This document shows positions 27,241 to 42,553 of a stretch of 64,000 nt of DNA, piece after piece. The position numbers and the translations under genes are program-made. This DNA is from Octopus vulgaris (taxonomy: Eukaryota), in NCBI GenBank assembly GCA_951406725.2, contig OX597819.1, positions 131,316,001 to 131,380,000 of the forward strand, written 5' to 3'. The notes beneath the pieces were generated by a model. The model searched no databases. It was not told the DNA's origin and worked only from the letters and a program-made list of their open reading frames with translations. Position 1 is the first letter of the stretch, and every line of letters starts with the position of its first letter.

Positions 27241-28046
27241 TAGGTTTATAAGTCTTTAAAATCCACACTGTTAGTGCCAACGGGTTTAGCGCAGTGGATA
27301 AAGCCATTGGTTAATGCTGTGCGTTCATTATAGAGCTTTTGAGTTCAATCCCAGGATAGGCACTAAGGTAAGTCACCAAAAAATCGTCTGAAGCAGAAAT
27401 GTCGCGAAACGCAGAGAGCGGAGGGAGAACAGTGTCCCCCATGGATCAAATAAAGGGTTAGGTTAGAAATTCCGACACAACAACCGAGTTCCGAAAAAGT
27501 CAGGAGGCTGGAACGTACGACATAGTGAAAGCAACAACCAAGATGTCCCGTATTGTCTGCGGTGGGACTGAACCTGGAACCACGTGGTTGGGAAGCAAAC
27601 GTCTTATCACTCTGTATGTAAATATATGCATCAAGAACTTGGTTGATTGGTGAATAAATTTGAAGGAAAAATAAAATAACCGTCGTGTGAGAAGTCATTA
27701 AGTCAGCAGCAGAGATTCAATAGGTTCGTTCATTTTCCTGTGCAGTGACCTAAAAGTTAGAATGCAACTAAAGCCGTTTGTTACTCACAATGACATCACT
27801 GCGGCCCACAAGTGCTTCGTCACGTTGTTCAATTGCGGGCCATTCTTTTCATCGCTCGCACAACAATATCCATCTCATGAGATCCTTCTCGGCGCATATT
27901 TTAATGGTGAGAAACTCATTAAAAGACTGAATTAAATGAAAAATTCGCCACGAAATTGTGGCGTTTAGATGTAATCTTATAATCTGACGTCAAATATTGT
28001 ATTGAAAGTTATATCGTTACGTGTGTGGAGTTGCGTATGTATATGT

Positions 28047-28155
28047 GGGAGTGTGTATGAATATGTGTGTGCCTGGGAGTGTGTATGAATATATGTGTGC
28101 CTGGGAGTGTGTATGAATATGTGTGTGCCTGGGAGTGTGTATGAATATGTGTGTG
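28047..28155. repeat. 28-bp minisatellite, ~4 copies
   Basis: gggagtgtgtatgaatatgtgtgtgcct. Confidence 0.9.
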
Positions 28156-28599
28156 TATGTATCTAGCAAGAAAAGGAAAATGAGATACTTAGAAAAGAAA
28201 CAGAAAAACAGGTATGTATCAAGGTAGGTATGGTGATGGGTGGGTAGATGCTGATTATTAAGGTAACCGGATGAGACTCGCCTCTATTCTCGGAACTAAC
28301 AAAATATTTCAAAGACTTAAACATCCGTTATCAGATTCAGAAGAAGACAAATCGATTATCTCCGAGTCTAGAATTCAGAGTGGTTTTTCCTATATTCATT
28401 CTAAATTTAATTTCTTCGTCAATTTCTTGCTAAAAGTTTTCTAAAACATTCCCCCGCACGTGTGCTTTCGGCAATGCAAGGTAACAAATTTGATTTGTTT
28501 GTTACCACACCTGAGAAGTTAAATAGTGGACCAAGCAGATTCCAACGTGAATAATGTCTGATCTCTATTGTACTTCGTCATCAAAGAACATCTCCTCTT

Positions 28600-30560
28600 T
28601 TGAGATGTACGTTTGATAATACATTCGATTCACCGGTGTAAGAAGACTTTGATTGACTGCAGTGTTTCGAACTTATTGTATGTTTCCTCAGTCAAACTTA
28701 CCCCACCGGACCGATGATCCGAACAATAAAGTGGAAAAACCAAGGTGTCTCAAAGACCCCTTACACCGATGTATCACGTCTGTGATGAACACACGTCGCC
28801 TATTAGAAGAAAGAGGTGTTTGCCGGTGACAAAAAGCAAAAATAAAACCAACAGTACTCAGCGTGTTCTGCATTTGAATCTACCAAAATGTTACTAAGAA
28901 GGAATCTCCTTATTTGGCTGTCCGTCGAAGGTCGACGTTGACTGTCCTTGTTCAGAAATCATCTCTGGCAGGCTCACATGGGGGCAACAAGGCCTACTCT
29001 TGATCCGCAGTTGTGATAACATCTGCTGCAGATGAAGTTACTCGACGACACGGAGAAGTGACGCCTCCCATATGCTCTCACCTACAAACATGTCCCATCC
29101 ACCGTCTCTGCTATGAGTTAATGAGAAGGAATAGATACACTATTGCTTGGTTTCTGCGAGCGTCCCATGAATTATTGTCTGATTTTGCATCAATCTATTG
29201 ATTAGCAGCTGCTCCGGATAAGACTGCATCCTTTTTTTCTTTCCCTCAGCATGCTCTGGTTTTATACTGTAGCTGATCTCACACTGATCCTACAAGAACC
29301 GATTGAGGCTCCCCCAGAGTATATTTTAGCCATAGTGGACTGGTAGCCTCTTGAGCAGTTGATCTATTTCAGAATAAGAAGCTTGAAGGCAGTTGATATT
29401 TGAGCACACCAAACGTAGTTCTGAAATACCCAGGCATTGATACAATCTCGCCAATGAAATGCGAGATTTTGAAACAATGATCTGTTATGAAGACTGGATC
29501 TCGTGCTTCTCATTCTCTCCTCTTCTTTAGGAATTTTTTTTCCAAGACTGCGCCACCAATTTTTTATTGTTGTCAGTTTTTTGTGAGTTTCTTGGTGGCA
29601 ATAACTAAAGGTAGCAGGTACTTTAACCAAATACCTCAACAGCCATTGATGGGGAATAGAATCGAATGCTTTCCTGTAATCAAGCCATTCCTGTCACAAA
29701 ATTCCTGTCGTGTTTTCTTTCTTCAGACAGCGCGGCTTTGTTTGCCCAAAGTTGTTTCATCCATTCCTACATTTCCTTCGCACCAGTCATCATGTTGTTA
29801 GACTCACAATGATCGCGGAGGAACTGCTTAGAGCAGCTACAGTTTTCTTCCAATTCGGTAGCTTCATTTTTGGTTCTAGCCCCGACGAATCGGTTCTAAT
29901 TGGAGACAGACGACTGTTTAGTGGTGTTAGCAGCAGTTTCATTCAAGTTTTTCCTTTGCAGAATCCATGTGGCAAACGTTGCATACCACTGGTTGAAATC
30001 AGCTCTTTGGGCTTGTAGTTATCTGAATTGGTGTGTGTGTGTGTGTCCAGCTTAGAAATCTTAAACTGAGAATCCTTAGAATATTCTATAATTTTTTCAT
30101 TGTACCACGAATCCATTGTATTTGGAGAATGTTGGGGGCAGCCAGAGAGCAAGGAGAACCCCACGCCTACAACTAAGATAATAGGAAGAAATGAAAATCT
30201 GTCGCCTGGGTATAATAGTTGTATGTTTCTTAACTACGCTCCTCTTCAGATTTTCTCCTTTCTTCCAATTTTTAAGGAGTAGTTGAACTGTACAAGGGAG
30301 CATGACTTTTGCTTCTTGTTCCACACACCTGTTGGGCCCATACTGGGTTGCTGTTTTTATTGCAATGTTCCACAAATATTCTTTATTTTTAAATGTGAGG
30401 AAACTTTCTGATTCTGCTGTACATTTGGAATGACTACCAGAATATTCTTTTCTGCGTCTAGCATTGCAGACTGTCTTGGCGACAATGCCGTGTCTCATGG
30501 GAAGACATTATCTTGCAGACTCTTTTCGGACAGCCATTAATATGATGTGAGTAATATCTG
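28600..30560 (-). mobile_element. Highly decayed Dong/R4-like LINE
   Basis: WLDYRKAFDSIPHQWL at ~29641-29687 (-); boundaries approximate. Confidence 0.6.
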
Positions 30561-31544
30561 CCACATTGGCGCCGGCGTGGCTGTGCGGTAAGAAGCTTGC
30601 CTCCTGAGCACGTGCTTCCAGGTTCATTCTCACTGCGTGGCAACTTGGTCATGTGTCTTCCAATAGAGTCTCAGTCCGACCAAAGCCTCTGTGTGGATTT
30701 GATACTCAGAAAATAAAAGAACCTCCCCCACCCTTGTCGTGTGTCTGTCTGTGTTTGCCTCCCATCACTGCTCTGTTGTGTTGGCATGTTTACATTCCTG
30801 TAACCTAGCGGTTCGGCGAAAACACCGATAGAATAAGTACCAGGCTTTAAGAAAATAAGTACAGGGGTGTCGATTCGCTCGACTAAAATCCTTCCTACCG
30901 GTGCTCCAGCATGGCCGCAGTCTAATGACTGAAACAAGCAAAAGACAAAAGCTACAATAAATTGGTTTGGCATAATCGGAATTTGGGAGGAGAAAGTGGA
31001 GGTGTGGAGGCATGGTCATCTCCCTTGCTGATCCGACATTTAGTCGAGCTGTCTGCTGGGGTTGGACAGCAAAGCTGTAAGCCTTCCGGGTGAGATGTGA
31101 TGCATTCGTCGCAGATCCAGGAAAGATATCAATGTTATTGGTATTATTTTGCTTGCAGGAGGTTTACCTGGGCATAACTTTGATCAGCACTGGATTAACC
31201 ATTAAGCAAAATAAGCACGTGTTTAGGGAAGCAAGGAAATGGGTGGGGGAACGCAGAAATCGTAAATGGTTTACGGCACAAAAGAAATCACTTTAAACTT
31301 GATCGAGTAATATTCCAAGTGATCGGAAATATAATTTCGAAGAGTTCAAGGTGTCATAGTGAGAATCTGATCAAAGACTTTGCAAATACAAATACAAAAG
31401 TGGGAGAAACCGTTTCAAATATAAATACAGTGGAAGGATACGAACATAGACATCATCTTTCATCTTCCACTTAGATTCGTTTCGTATTTAAAAACACAAA
31501 AATCATTTTACGGTTTGTGAATCTTTGTTTATATTTCGAATTAT

Positions 31545-31770
31545 TTGGGTCGGTGAATAATTATTGTGGCTTTTTTTCAGCAAATTTTATTCAACAAAAA
31601 CAATAACAACATGTAACAAAAACATCTTTAAATTATTATTCCGGAGCATATTCACCATCCACTTCAATTACTGCTTCTCATTCGCTTGGCAGACGGTCAG
31701 AATAATCATTTAAAGATGTTTTTGTTGAATAAAATTCGTTGAAAAAAAGCCGCAATAATCATGCACCCAA
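31545..31770. mobile_element. Fold-back relic of a mariner end
   Basis: Long imperfect inverted arms around a fragment reading DRLPSE*EAVIEVDGEY on the - strand. Confidence 0.5.
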
Positions 31771-32696
31771 ACCAATTCATCTATTTGGAGGGGGGAGTAG
31801 GGGCTTCAACATCTTTTAACTGCTTAAGACCTTAATCGCTCTTTATCCGGGCCTGGCTTGGATTAGTGTTTTGTATATGTGGGTATGCATGTGTCATTGT
31901 GCATATGTATAAATGTATGTACGTGTGTGTGTATGCATGTTTGTGTATATGAATGTATGCGTACTTATACATACGTATATGCCCGTATGTGCGTATGGTG
32001 TGCGTTTATGTATGTGTGTATATATATATTCTTTTACTTGTTTCAGTCATTTGACTGCGGCCATGCTGGAGCACCGCCTTTAATCGAGCAACTCGACCCC
32101 GGGACTTATTCTTTTGTAAGCCCAGTACTTATTCTATCGGTCTCTTTTGCCGAACCGCTAAGTGACGGGAACATAAGCACACCAGCATCGGTTGTCAAGC
32201 AATGCTAGGGGGACAAACACAGACACACAAACGCACATATATATACATATATATACATATATACGACAGGCTTCTTTCAGTTTCCGTCTACCAAATCCAC
32301 TCACAAGGCTTTGGTCAGCCCGGGGCTATAGCAGAAGACACTTGCCCAAGGTGCCATGCAGTGGGACTGAACCCGGAACTGTGTATGTATACATCCATGT
32401 GTGTGTGTGTTTATGTGTGTGTATATGTCTGCTTGTATATAGACATATGCATATATATATTCGCGTGTGCGTTCGTATGTATTTATTTTACTTGTTTCAG
32501 TCTTTTGACTGTGGCCATGCTGCAGCACCACTTTTAGTCGATCAAAACGACGACCCTAGGACTTATTCTTTGTAAGCCTAGTACTTATTTGTATCGGTCA
32601 CTTTTTGCCGAACCACTAAGTTACAGGGACGTAAACACACCAACATCGGTTGTCAAGTGATGGTAGGGGGACAAACACAGACACACAAATATATAC

Positions 32697-32729
<33 letters not shown>

Positions 32730-32743
32730 AATATATATATACA

Positions 32744-32864
<121 letters not shown>

Positions 32865-32926
32865 ACATATATATATATATGTGTATGTGTGTGTATATAT
32901 ATATGTATATTTATATATTTATGTAT

Positions 32927-33026
<100 letters not shown>

Positions 33027-35621
33027 GACGGGCTTCTTTCAGTTTCCGTGAACCAACTCCACCGATAAGGCTTTGCTCGGCCAGAGGATTGAGTAGAAGA
33101 CACCTGCCTGTGTATGTATATGTACGTGTGTGTGTGTGTGTGTACACATATACCTGTACGCACGAGCGCACTCGTTCGCGCACGTGCGTATGTATTGAAT
33201 TGATATGAGATACCTGGAAAGTAGGCGGGTCGCTAGGTGCAGAATAGCAATTAAGGTAGGTCGCTAGGTTCGCAAGCAGAGGATAATTTATAAAGCTAAT
33301 CGGAAGGAACTCTCCTTTATTCCCAGAATTTGCAAACGGTCCCGTTACTAGATTCAACTAAACTGTTGTGGCCGATTACTCTTTTACTCTTTTACTTGTT
33401 TCAGTCATTTGACTGCGGCCATGCTGGAGCACCGCCTTTAGTCGATCAAATCGACTCCGGGACTTATTCTTTGTAAGCCCAGTACTTATTCTATCGGTCT
33501 CTTTTGCCGAACCGCTAAGTGACGGGGACCTTAAAGTTTTTTTCCTATTTTAATTCTAAATTTAGTAATAACTTCAAATTTTGGCTCAAGGCCAGCAATT
33601 TCAGGGGGTGGAGGTAAGCCGATTACATCGACCCCAGTGTATCACTGGTACTTATCTTATCGACCCCGAAAGGATGAAAGGTAAAGTCGACCCCAGCGCC
33701 ATTTGAACTCAGAACGTAAGGACGGACAAAATACCGCGAAGCACTCTACCCGGGGTGCAAATTCTAAATTTAATATTAAATTTCTTAATTTCTTCCAGCA
33801 GTGGCTGTGTGGTAAGACGCTTGCTTCCCAACCACAAGGTTCCGGGTTCAGTCCCACTGCGTTGTAGCTTGGGCAAGTGTCTTCTACTATAGTCTAGTGC
33901 CGACCAAAGCCTTGTGATTGGATTTGGTAAATGGAAACTGACAGAAGCCTGTCGTATATATATATATATGTATTTTTGTGTCTGCGTTTGTCCCCCACCA
34001 TCATCGCTTGACAAACGATGTTGGTGTGTTTACGTTCCCGTAACTTAGAGGTTCGGCAAAAAAGACCGATATAATAAGTGCTACGCTTACAAAAAGAATA
34101 AGTCCTGGGGTCGTTTTGTTCGGCTAAAGGCGGTGCTCCAGCATGGCCGCAGTCAAATGACTGAAACAAATAAAAGTAAAAGATAAACTTCGTTAGTTTG
34201 CAGCTGAAAATCGAATCTTCTTTTCTGCAAACGTACTTAATCGATTGATCTGTACTTATCGATCTACATGTGTGCATATGTAAATGTGTACAAATGTGTG
34301 TGTGTGTGCGAGAGAGAGTGTGTATGTATGTGTGTGTGTATGTGTGTGTGTATGTGTGTGTGTATGTGGGTGTGTGCGTGTTTGTGTATGTATGTGTGAG
34401 TGTGTATCTATGTATGTGTGTGTGTGTGTATAAGTGTGTGAGTGTGTATGTATGTGTGCGTGTTTGTGTGTGTATGTGTGTGTGTGAGTATGTATGTATG
34501 TGTGTGCATGTTTGTGTATGTGTGTGTGTGTGTGTGCGCGCGTGTGCGTGTGTGCATGCGTATTCCTAGACTTGTCGTCTGCCTGATCCCTTGTAAGACC
34601 ACGCCGTGTAAGACTGCAGATAATTCAGTTGGGTTTTTTCCTCCCATGGCAGATGATATTGTCCATGCAGAGAACAGGACAACCCCGTCCTAAAAGCGTG
34701 ATCATCTCCGCAAGAAAACCAATTCCACTGAACACCTGAAACATTTGCGCCAAGTGAACACCCCGCCCGTCCACCCATCCTCCTCCCCGATCTCTTAAAA
34801 CCTCACCAAATTCCTCCTTTATCGTTTACTTGTCTCGGTCACTGAACTGCGGCCAAGTTTAGGGACCGTTTTCAAGAGTTTTACTTGAACGGATCGACCC
34901 CAGTTCTTATTTTTTTTAAACCTGGTACCTATTCTATCGGTATTTTTTGCCTAACCGCTAGGTTATGGGGGACAAACACGGACACACACGGACACACACA
35001 CACACACATATACTCTGTATGACAGGCTTCTTTCATTTTCCATCTACTAAATCCACTCACTTGGCTACGATGATTGGCGTGAGGCTGTATGGTTGGCCTG
35101 GGGCTATAGTAGGAGACACTTACCCAAGGTGCCATGCTGTGGGACTGAACTCAGAACCATGTGGTTGGGAAGAAAATATCTTACCACACGGCCACGCCTG
35201 CACCTCTTTTATTGACTCCAGAAGGATGGCTTTATATATATCAAGTTCGATGAACGAAAGTCATTAAAAGATGAATGGATTAAGGATAAAAGCCGCGAAT
35301 ATGGGATATTAATGGCGGGAAGAAGAGGATCGATGTTAGGGGACCTGAATTTGGTATTAAAACAAAAATGGGAATAAAATGAAGTATTCGTGACGTTTAC
35401 GAAATTGACGAGTGACAGATGAGAAATTAATGCCTGTCCCAAATTCTGTGTTGACCCTAAACACAGAAAGATGATTTTCCTGTTTGCTGGGAAAATAGAA
35501 ACGAAAACTGCAGCAACCCGTCCAGACACACCAAAGCCCTTGCTACCCACTCACCTGTTCCCCAATTTTCTAGAAGACAGGATTTCACTCTCCATTCCGT
35601 GTTTAATATTCACGTGGCACT

Positions 35622-35835
35622 AAGGCGGCGAACTGGCAGAGACGTTAGCGCGCCGGGCGAAATGCTTAGCGGTATTTCGTCTGCCGTTACGTTGTGAGTT
35701 CATATTCCGCCGAGGTCGACTTCACCTTTCATCCTTTCGGGGTCGATAAATTAAGCACCAGTTGTGCACTGGGGTCGATCTAATCGACTGGTCCCCTCCC
35801 CTAAAATTTCGGGCCTTGTGCCTAGAGTAGAAAAG
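35622..35835 (+). mobile_element. SINE family B with 17-bp TSD
   Basis: aatattcacgtggcact at 35605-35621 and 35836-35852. Confidence 0.9.
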
Positions 35836-36455
35836 AATATTCACGTGGCACTTAAAGCAGAAAATTAAGATTTGGTATTTCAAACCTTAAGTCTCTTCTG
35901 CCATGGTCCTTAAGCAGAAGGAACATGGCTGTCGTTCGATTCTAATCGAACGTAACAGAGAGAGATTTCAAGCTAACTCGGACAACACCAAAATCTGTCC
36001 ACCACACGCAATCACCGTTGTTGGACACAATTCCACAGGTCAGCAGTGAGCAGCCTCTCCGATCATCTTTTCAAAGACCTCTTCTCATTTCGGACAGTTC
36101 TGCTGACACCATTGTTGTTTCCGTTGTCAGAGCTGCAGTTCTTCACGGATTCTTTAGCGTGGATTTCCAAACATGAAAGTCGACCAGAAAAGCAAAATAT
36201 CGACAATTTTGTTGAGTTTATAGGCGCAGGCGTGGCTGCGTGGTAAGAAGCTTGCTTCCCATCCACATAGCGCTGAGTTCAGTCCCTCTGCGTGGCACCT
36301 TTGGCAAAATGTCTTATACCATAGCCTCGGACCGACCAAAGTCTTGTGAATGGATTTGGTAGACCGAAACTGAAAGAAGACCGTCACTAACTCTCTCTCT
36401 CACTCTCTCTCTCTCTCTCTCGCTCTCTCTTTCTCTCGCTCTCTCTCTCGCTCTC

Positions 36456-36508
<53 letters not shown>

Positions 36509-37040
36509 AACATGGAAGATGAAATCTAAAAGAAACCCACCGCGCGCGCGTGTGTGTGTGTGTGTGTGTTGTGCTTGTATTTATTTACGTTCCCGTAACT
36601 TAGCAGTTCGACAGGAGAGACCTTTAGAATAATTACAAGGCTTAAGATTTAAAAAAAAAAGCTCTGGACTGAATTGTAGCGTCCGAGTAAAGTGGATTGA
36701 AACTACGAGAAAGTGACAAAAGACGAATCTATTTCCTGAAACTTATTTCACCTCCTCCTTGATTAAAATGAACGAGAATTACAAAGAAACGGAACAACTT
36801 TCGTTTCTTTACGTTTATTGATTGGAGGATCTAAGAAATTCCGATAGAAAAAAAATAAAAGTTACAATTTCAAGTGAAGGAACATATTTCGTAATAAACC
36901 TTCGGCGCAAACCTCTGTCATCTTTCCTATTTAACTTCCTAAAGTTATTTCTACAAGTTTCTTTGTAAAGTAAACGGAATACTTTGATCCAATAAACAAC
37001 CCCAGCTCCATTGTCTCGATGTACGAATTGTGAAACAAAG

Positions 37041-37071
<31 letters not shown>

Positions 37072-37252
37072 CGCTCTCATCAACATTCGCACCCACACAT
37101 CAACATTTGGCGACCTACTATATATGGCTATTCTTTGTAACTAAATCCTAGACATCAGAATTCCTGGTTTAAGGGTTGAAATTGTTCCGTGTTGAAATGC
37201 AACGAATTCCAGCAAGGTACAAATTTCTGTTTAAAGATTTAAAGCAATCTGC

Positions 37253-37290
37253 TATAAAAAGGGGTTGTTATGGCTTTCACTCATCACAAA
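37253..37290 (+). promoter_or_regulatory. TATA box and probable initiator of the cytokine-like gene
   Basis: gcTATAAAAagggg at 37253-37259; TCA initiator-like motifs about 26-30 nt downstream; ATG-free leader up to 37448. Confidence 0.65.
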
Positions 37291-37447
37291 CTCAAAGGTT
37301 TGCAATTGGTCACTATCTCGCCTTGCTAACGATCTTAAAGCTTCAAATTAACGCCGACCTTACAACAAAACAGCTATCTTTCACACTAGGTAGACATAGC
37401 CAACTGTACACTTCACTGATAAAATCACCAAAATCCAAATATCCACA

Positions 37448-37451
37448 ATGG
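37448..37451 (+). CDS. Cytokine-like gene exon 1, coding part (ATG G)
   Basis: acaATGG|gtaaga: A at -3, G at +4, consensus donor; first ATG downstream of the TATA box. Confidence 0.75.
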
Positions 37452-39967
37452 GTAAGATCAGATTTTTTGCTTTCTGTACATTATTTTCTTCTCAGCAAAT
37501 AATGATTTTTCTTTCTGCTGTTTGTTTTTCTTTTTGGTCACACACACACACACACACACACACACATCGAAGCCAAAATAATTTTTGCATTATGCCTCTA
37601 TCGTTCCAGTTTGCCGTTTCATCGCCGTCGTATTGCTCTACAGTTATGCTTTGCAAATCTTTGCCTCACCAATTCCTTCGTCGGCCACAGATGAACTCCT
37701 CACTTCGGCAAAAGAATCATCGATAATGACAAGAGTCGTAGTTGGAAACGTATTGCAGTATTATGTAAGTAATAATTATATGTTAAAAATAATAATAATT
37801 ATGGAATGGCGGTTGAGGGACCAACGAAATACCTTGTGGTATTTTGAGTTAATTTATTTTCTAAGTTCAAATCTCACCAGATTTGATTTTGTCATTAATC
37901 CTTTCTGGGCGATAAGTCAGTAAGTAGGGCTTCATCCTTCCGTGAACGATTGACCAGTCACCAGTAATATACCGGGGATCAATTTAATCGATTGTGTATG
38001 TTCGATGGCAATATCGGAACGATTGACCAGTCACCAGTAATATACCGGGGATCAATTTAATCGATTGTGTATGTTCGATGGCGATATCGGAAATCACTGT
38101 GCTGGATGATCGATCGTTTGTCAGGAATAGCAAAATACTGAACCAATTGCCTCATCTTATTTCGTTAAGTTTTCAGGTTACGAGATCGAACGACACCAAA
38201 GTCAAAGGCATCATTTTTCATCCCTCTACGACCATGTCCTGTCTTCTACAACTTTCTAATTTACCAATTGCTAAGACATTTTCAAATCAATAATTATATC
38301 TTGATAAAAATTCTTAAAAAAACAACTCTTAATTATTGAGAGATAAAATACACGAAACACCTCTAATCGATTTCTACCTTGTTTAACTAATTATGAAGTA
38401 ATTAATATTATGTAATTAATATAATTTATTTCATTTTTTAGTGTAACCACTCAGTGTACCCTTCCTGCTACAACTGTAGTAATTTTATCCGAGAAATAAC
38501 CAAGTCAATAGATTCAACTTTTCCCGAACTACACCTCAATGAAACTTTGGATTTCACAAACTACGACGATTTCCAGGTATGTTTTTAATGAATATTTCAG
38601 TATTTTTACAACCAGCGATTGTTTCATTAGGTCAATATTTTCTTCTTCATTGGGGTTGATTTGAAGAAGAAAAGAAGCGGTCATTTTCACGCAACTCTGG
38701 TGGGTTTCATCTGGGATTGGAAAAGTCCCGATGATTCGGTGGTCTTTGAGTGGGAAAGACCATAACGAAATTTTTGTTTTTTAAGTGGGTAACAAGCAAA
38801 TCGAAAGACTAAGTTTTCGAAGGTTCAACCAAGCTAATAACTTTTATCACAAAGAGGATAATCTAATTTAATTCTCTAATCCCATCTCTTCACGTCAGAG
38901 TTAGGTCACCCATTTTAGAGTCTTGTGCTGTAGTAAAGCAAGAGTTTTATGGGTCTTCAGTATACCTCAGTGCCAAGACAATGTTTATAGGAAACGGCAA
39001 TAAATTGACAGAACCGATAATTGGCTGGAGTAAAAAACATTGCGCTATTCTGTGAATATAAATATGGATTCATATAATTTTGCCCAAGAATGGTGAGGGA
39101 GCGTCAGGGTTGCAACATTAGCAGACTAAATGTTGGGGCTAATATAGTGTAATCAATTCAGTCGATTATGATTCGAACCTTCAAACAAATGCAGGTGTGT
39201 GTGTGTGTGTTCAGTAAATCATAAATCCGAAAAAGAAGTTATAGAGCAGTAGAGTTATAGAGATCAAGATAGACATGGCCAATCTATGGTGCTATCCTGA
39301 GTTTCACGTCCATAAAGTGCTTAGCTTTACAGCGTTTCTTCAGATCCTAAAACCCATTGGCCTATGGTCTCTCCAGCAAGTGGCCTCTCTAGAAAATGGA
39401 GGATTGTCTCCCTTTGACCGCTAAGTAATTGACTATGTTGGCGTGTGGGTCCCAGGACGTCATCAGGAATTTCGGGAAGTGCAACAAGGGTCCGAAGACT
39501 CCTGTTCTGGAGTTAAGGATGTTCCCCAGGTCGAGGAAGTCCTTTAATGTCATCGCTCGTTCACGCACAGTTTACAACGCTTAGTCAGATTTTTGTAGGG
39601 GTCTGGAGTTTCTAGAATCTTCCATGATACTATATATGGAGTTTCATCGTCCTTCAGCCGCCATGCATGGCTGGGGAAGGACGTAGCGTATCTCCTTTCC
39701 AGGATCCTCAAAGAGAAACTGTGGAGAGGGCCTGTTTGAACGCGTTACCGCAATTGACTAAAATGTTCTTGATATTAGGGGCGCAGCTAAAAGAGACCCT
39801 TAAGTTGTGTCTGTTGAAAATGCATTCGTACTTATATGAACGTGTAAAGTGTTTATCCACTAAGCTGATGAACATCCTACCTACACACGTTTTTACGTTG
39901 AGGGAGAAAGGGGGGGTGCAAACCAAATGATATTTCTGCGGCGCTTCCTTCTGCGGGTGTTAGTACC

Positions 39968-40020
<53 letters not shown>

Positions 40021-42194
40021 TGGTAGTAAAAAAGGCAACTCCTTGAGCGGCCGTAACCAACAACTTTTTTAGTATTACTGCACCAAATTGGTTTAGCATC
40101 TATAAAATTCTTAGCTGTATAGGTGACTCGCCAGACTCGTTGGTCGAAGGTACATAACCTTTCTACAAGAAGTAGGAAAAGGTTTTGGTCTGCCAGAGTT
40201 TTAAACAAAGAGTCCCGAAACGAAATTCTACTGAGCAACAATCCTTCTGGGCTAGATGGAGTTATTCTCCTTAAATTGGTTCCAGTTGCGTCTGAAAAGG
40301 GGTAGTATATGGATGATTACCGTTCGCTAGTTGGCAAGCGGGGTATTACATGTTTTCATACATGTATGTATGTATATATGTGTCTGCATATATGTATGTA
40401 CTTTTCTTTAAATAACGTAGTCTTTTGTTCGTTTGTTTTTGTTGTTGCATACATTGAAAGCTTAGTCATTCAAATACCATTTTATTGTTGTTTCAAATAC
40501 TATTGTTGTCGTTAGTCCCGACTCAACTGTAATTTATTCGATACAAAATCACAAACTATGGGAATCTCGATCGTTCCAGTATTGAACTCAAAATGACGGC
40601 TGTGATTTGAGCGAGATTTAGCAGCAGCCATTTTTACAGTTCAAGCGACAACATAAAGATTCCTTCGTCTATATTTGTTTTCTTTGTTACTTTGTTTCTC
40701 TTCTTTAATTTTTTTTTATTCAAAAGGATTTATTTTTCATGGAGGTGACTTCCTCATGTATCAGTTTTTAAGTGAAATCTCGGGTTTATTGACCATTTTA
40801 ATAATTGTTTCTATCAAAGGAATAGAGCTGGACATTTAGTGGGAGACAGCTTGGATCTTTTCAATTCTGAAGCCAGGACCACAGATCTTTCTACTTAACT
40901 AAATATTCTGAAACTTCGTATGCTGATAGAGTCTAGCAAAACAAGACACAGGTTGGAACTAGTTTATTTGAGAAAAATCTATTTTATGACTTTAATCGTA
41001 GATTAAAACTGCGAATTTTAACCAATCAGATTGTTTGTTTTCATGTGTAAAACTTGACTGCATTCTATTAGTGTGACGTAGAAAGCGCTTTTGTGACGTA
41101 CTAACGTTCGGAAAACTGTAAACAAACACAGAACATAGCGACAGACGAAATACTGCTACGCATTTCGCCCGGCGTGCTAACGTTTCTGCCAGCTCGCTGC
41201 TTTTTTAATATTAAATTTCGGCGAAGTTTCGCTTGTCGTAAACTTCGCCTATTTCTTGCCTTTTGCACAAATAAATACAAATGGAAACATTTTCAATTTA
41301 ATACATGTGGCTTATTAACTAGTTTTAAATATTGTTATTAGAAGGTGACTGACTATAGGATCCTGGAAACATGAGTACGTTAAATAATTAGAAGGATGCG
41401 CTTGTTTACATTTAAGATGTTTAATACGTCACGAAATTGGTGGTCGAGACGGAGTAAATAAAATAAAGCCGAATGACGGAATATCATTGGTTAAAATTCT
41501 AATTATTAAACAACGTTAAACTTAGAAGTTACAATTCCGTTTTCATTCTGGTTTACAATTAAGTTTACTTTTGACACATTCTACCAGTATACGAAATTTC
41601 AAATTGTTTGGTTCAGTAGGAAAAATTTGAAAAAACTGGCTTCAGAATAGAAAAGATCCGAGAGGTTAATCGATTAAATCCATCTTTACCTGACTATTAT
41701 TTTATCTTATCGACCTCGCAGAAATGAAAGATAAGTTGATCGCGACGGAATTTGAGCTCAGGTCAGACTTGAACGGCTTTTGACTAAATATCACAAGGCA
41801 TTTTATCCGTCACCCCAAACATTCGGCCACCACTCCACCCTATTAGCTTTTCTATATAATGTCGTTTGATGTCCGTTAATTTTCTTCTGTTGTTCAGTGA
41901 ATTTTGTTGTAATAAATGTTGCGGCAGTGTTACTAGAATCCAACCTTCATATCAGGCGACACGCTGAATGCATTGACCTCCATTTTCACGCACGATTAAA
42001 AGCAAACTTACAGCAACGTTGACGTTTCAATTTCTAATAACATGGAGCAGTTGCCCAGCTTTGTTATTCTTTTCGGTGACTTCTTGACAAACACAGAAAA
42101 CCATATGTATCTACATACACACACCTATACATACATACATACACACATACATACATACATATATACACACACCTATACATACATACATACATAC

Positions 42195-42225
<31 letters not shown>

Positions 42226-42474
42226 CATACATACATACATACATACACACACACACATACATACATACATACACACATACATACATACATACATACATAC
42301 ATACACACACACACATACATACATACATACATACATACATACATACATACATACACACACACATACATACATACATACATACATACATACATACATACAT
42401 ACATACATACATACATAGACAGACAGACACACATACACACGAAGAGCCAGACAGATAGATAGATATAGATAGAT

Positions 42475-42553
<79 letters not shown>

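Noticed and set aside
28047-28155. Regular direct repeats, superficially CRISPR-like
   Set aside because: No spacers, no cas genes, eukaryotic context; a simple minisatellite.
37176-37502. 108-aa ORF over the cytokine-like promoter
   Set aside because: Non-ATG start, spans the TATA box and first donor site, no recognisable motifs.
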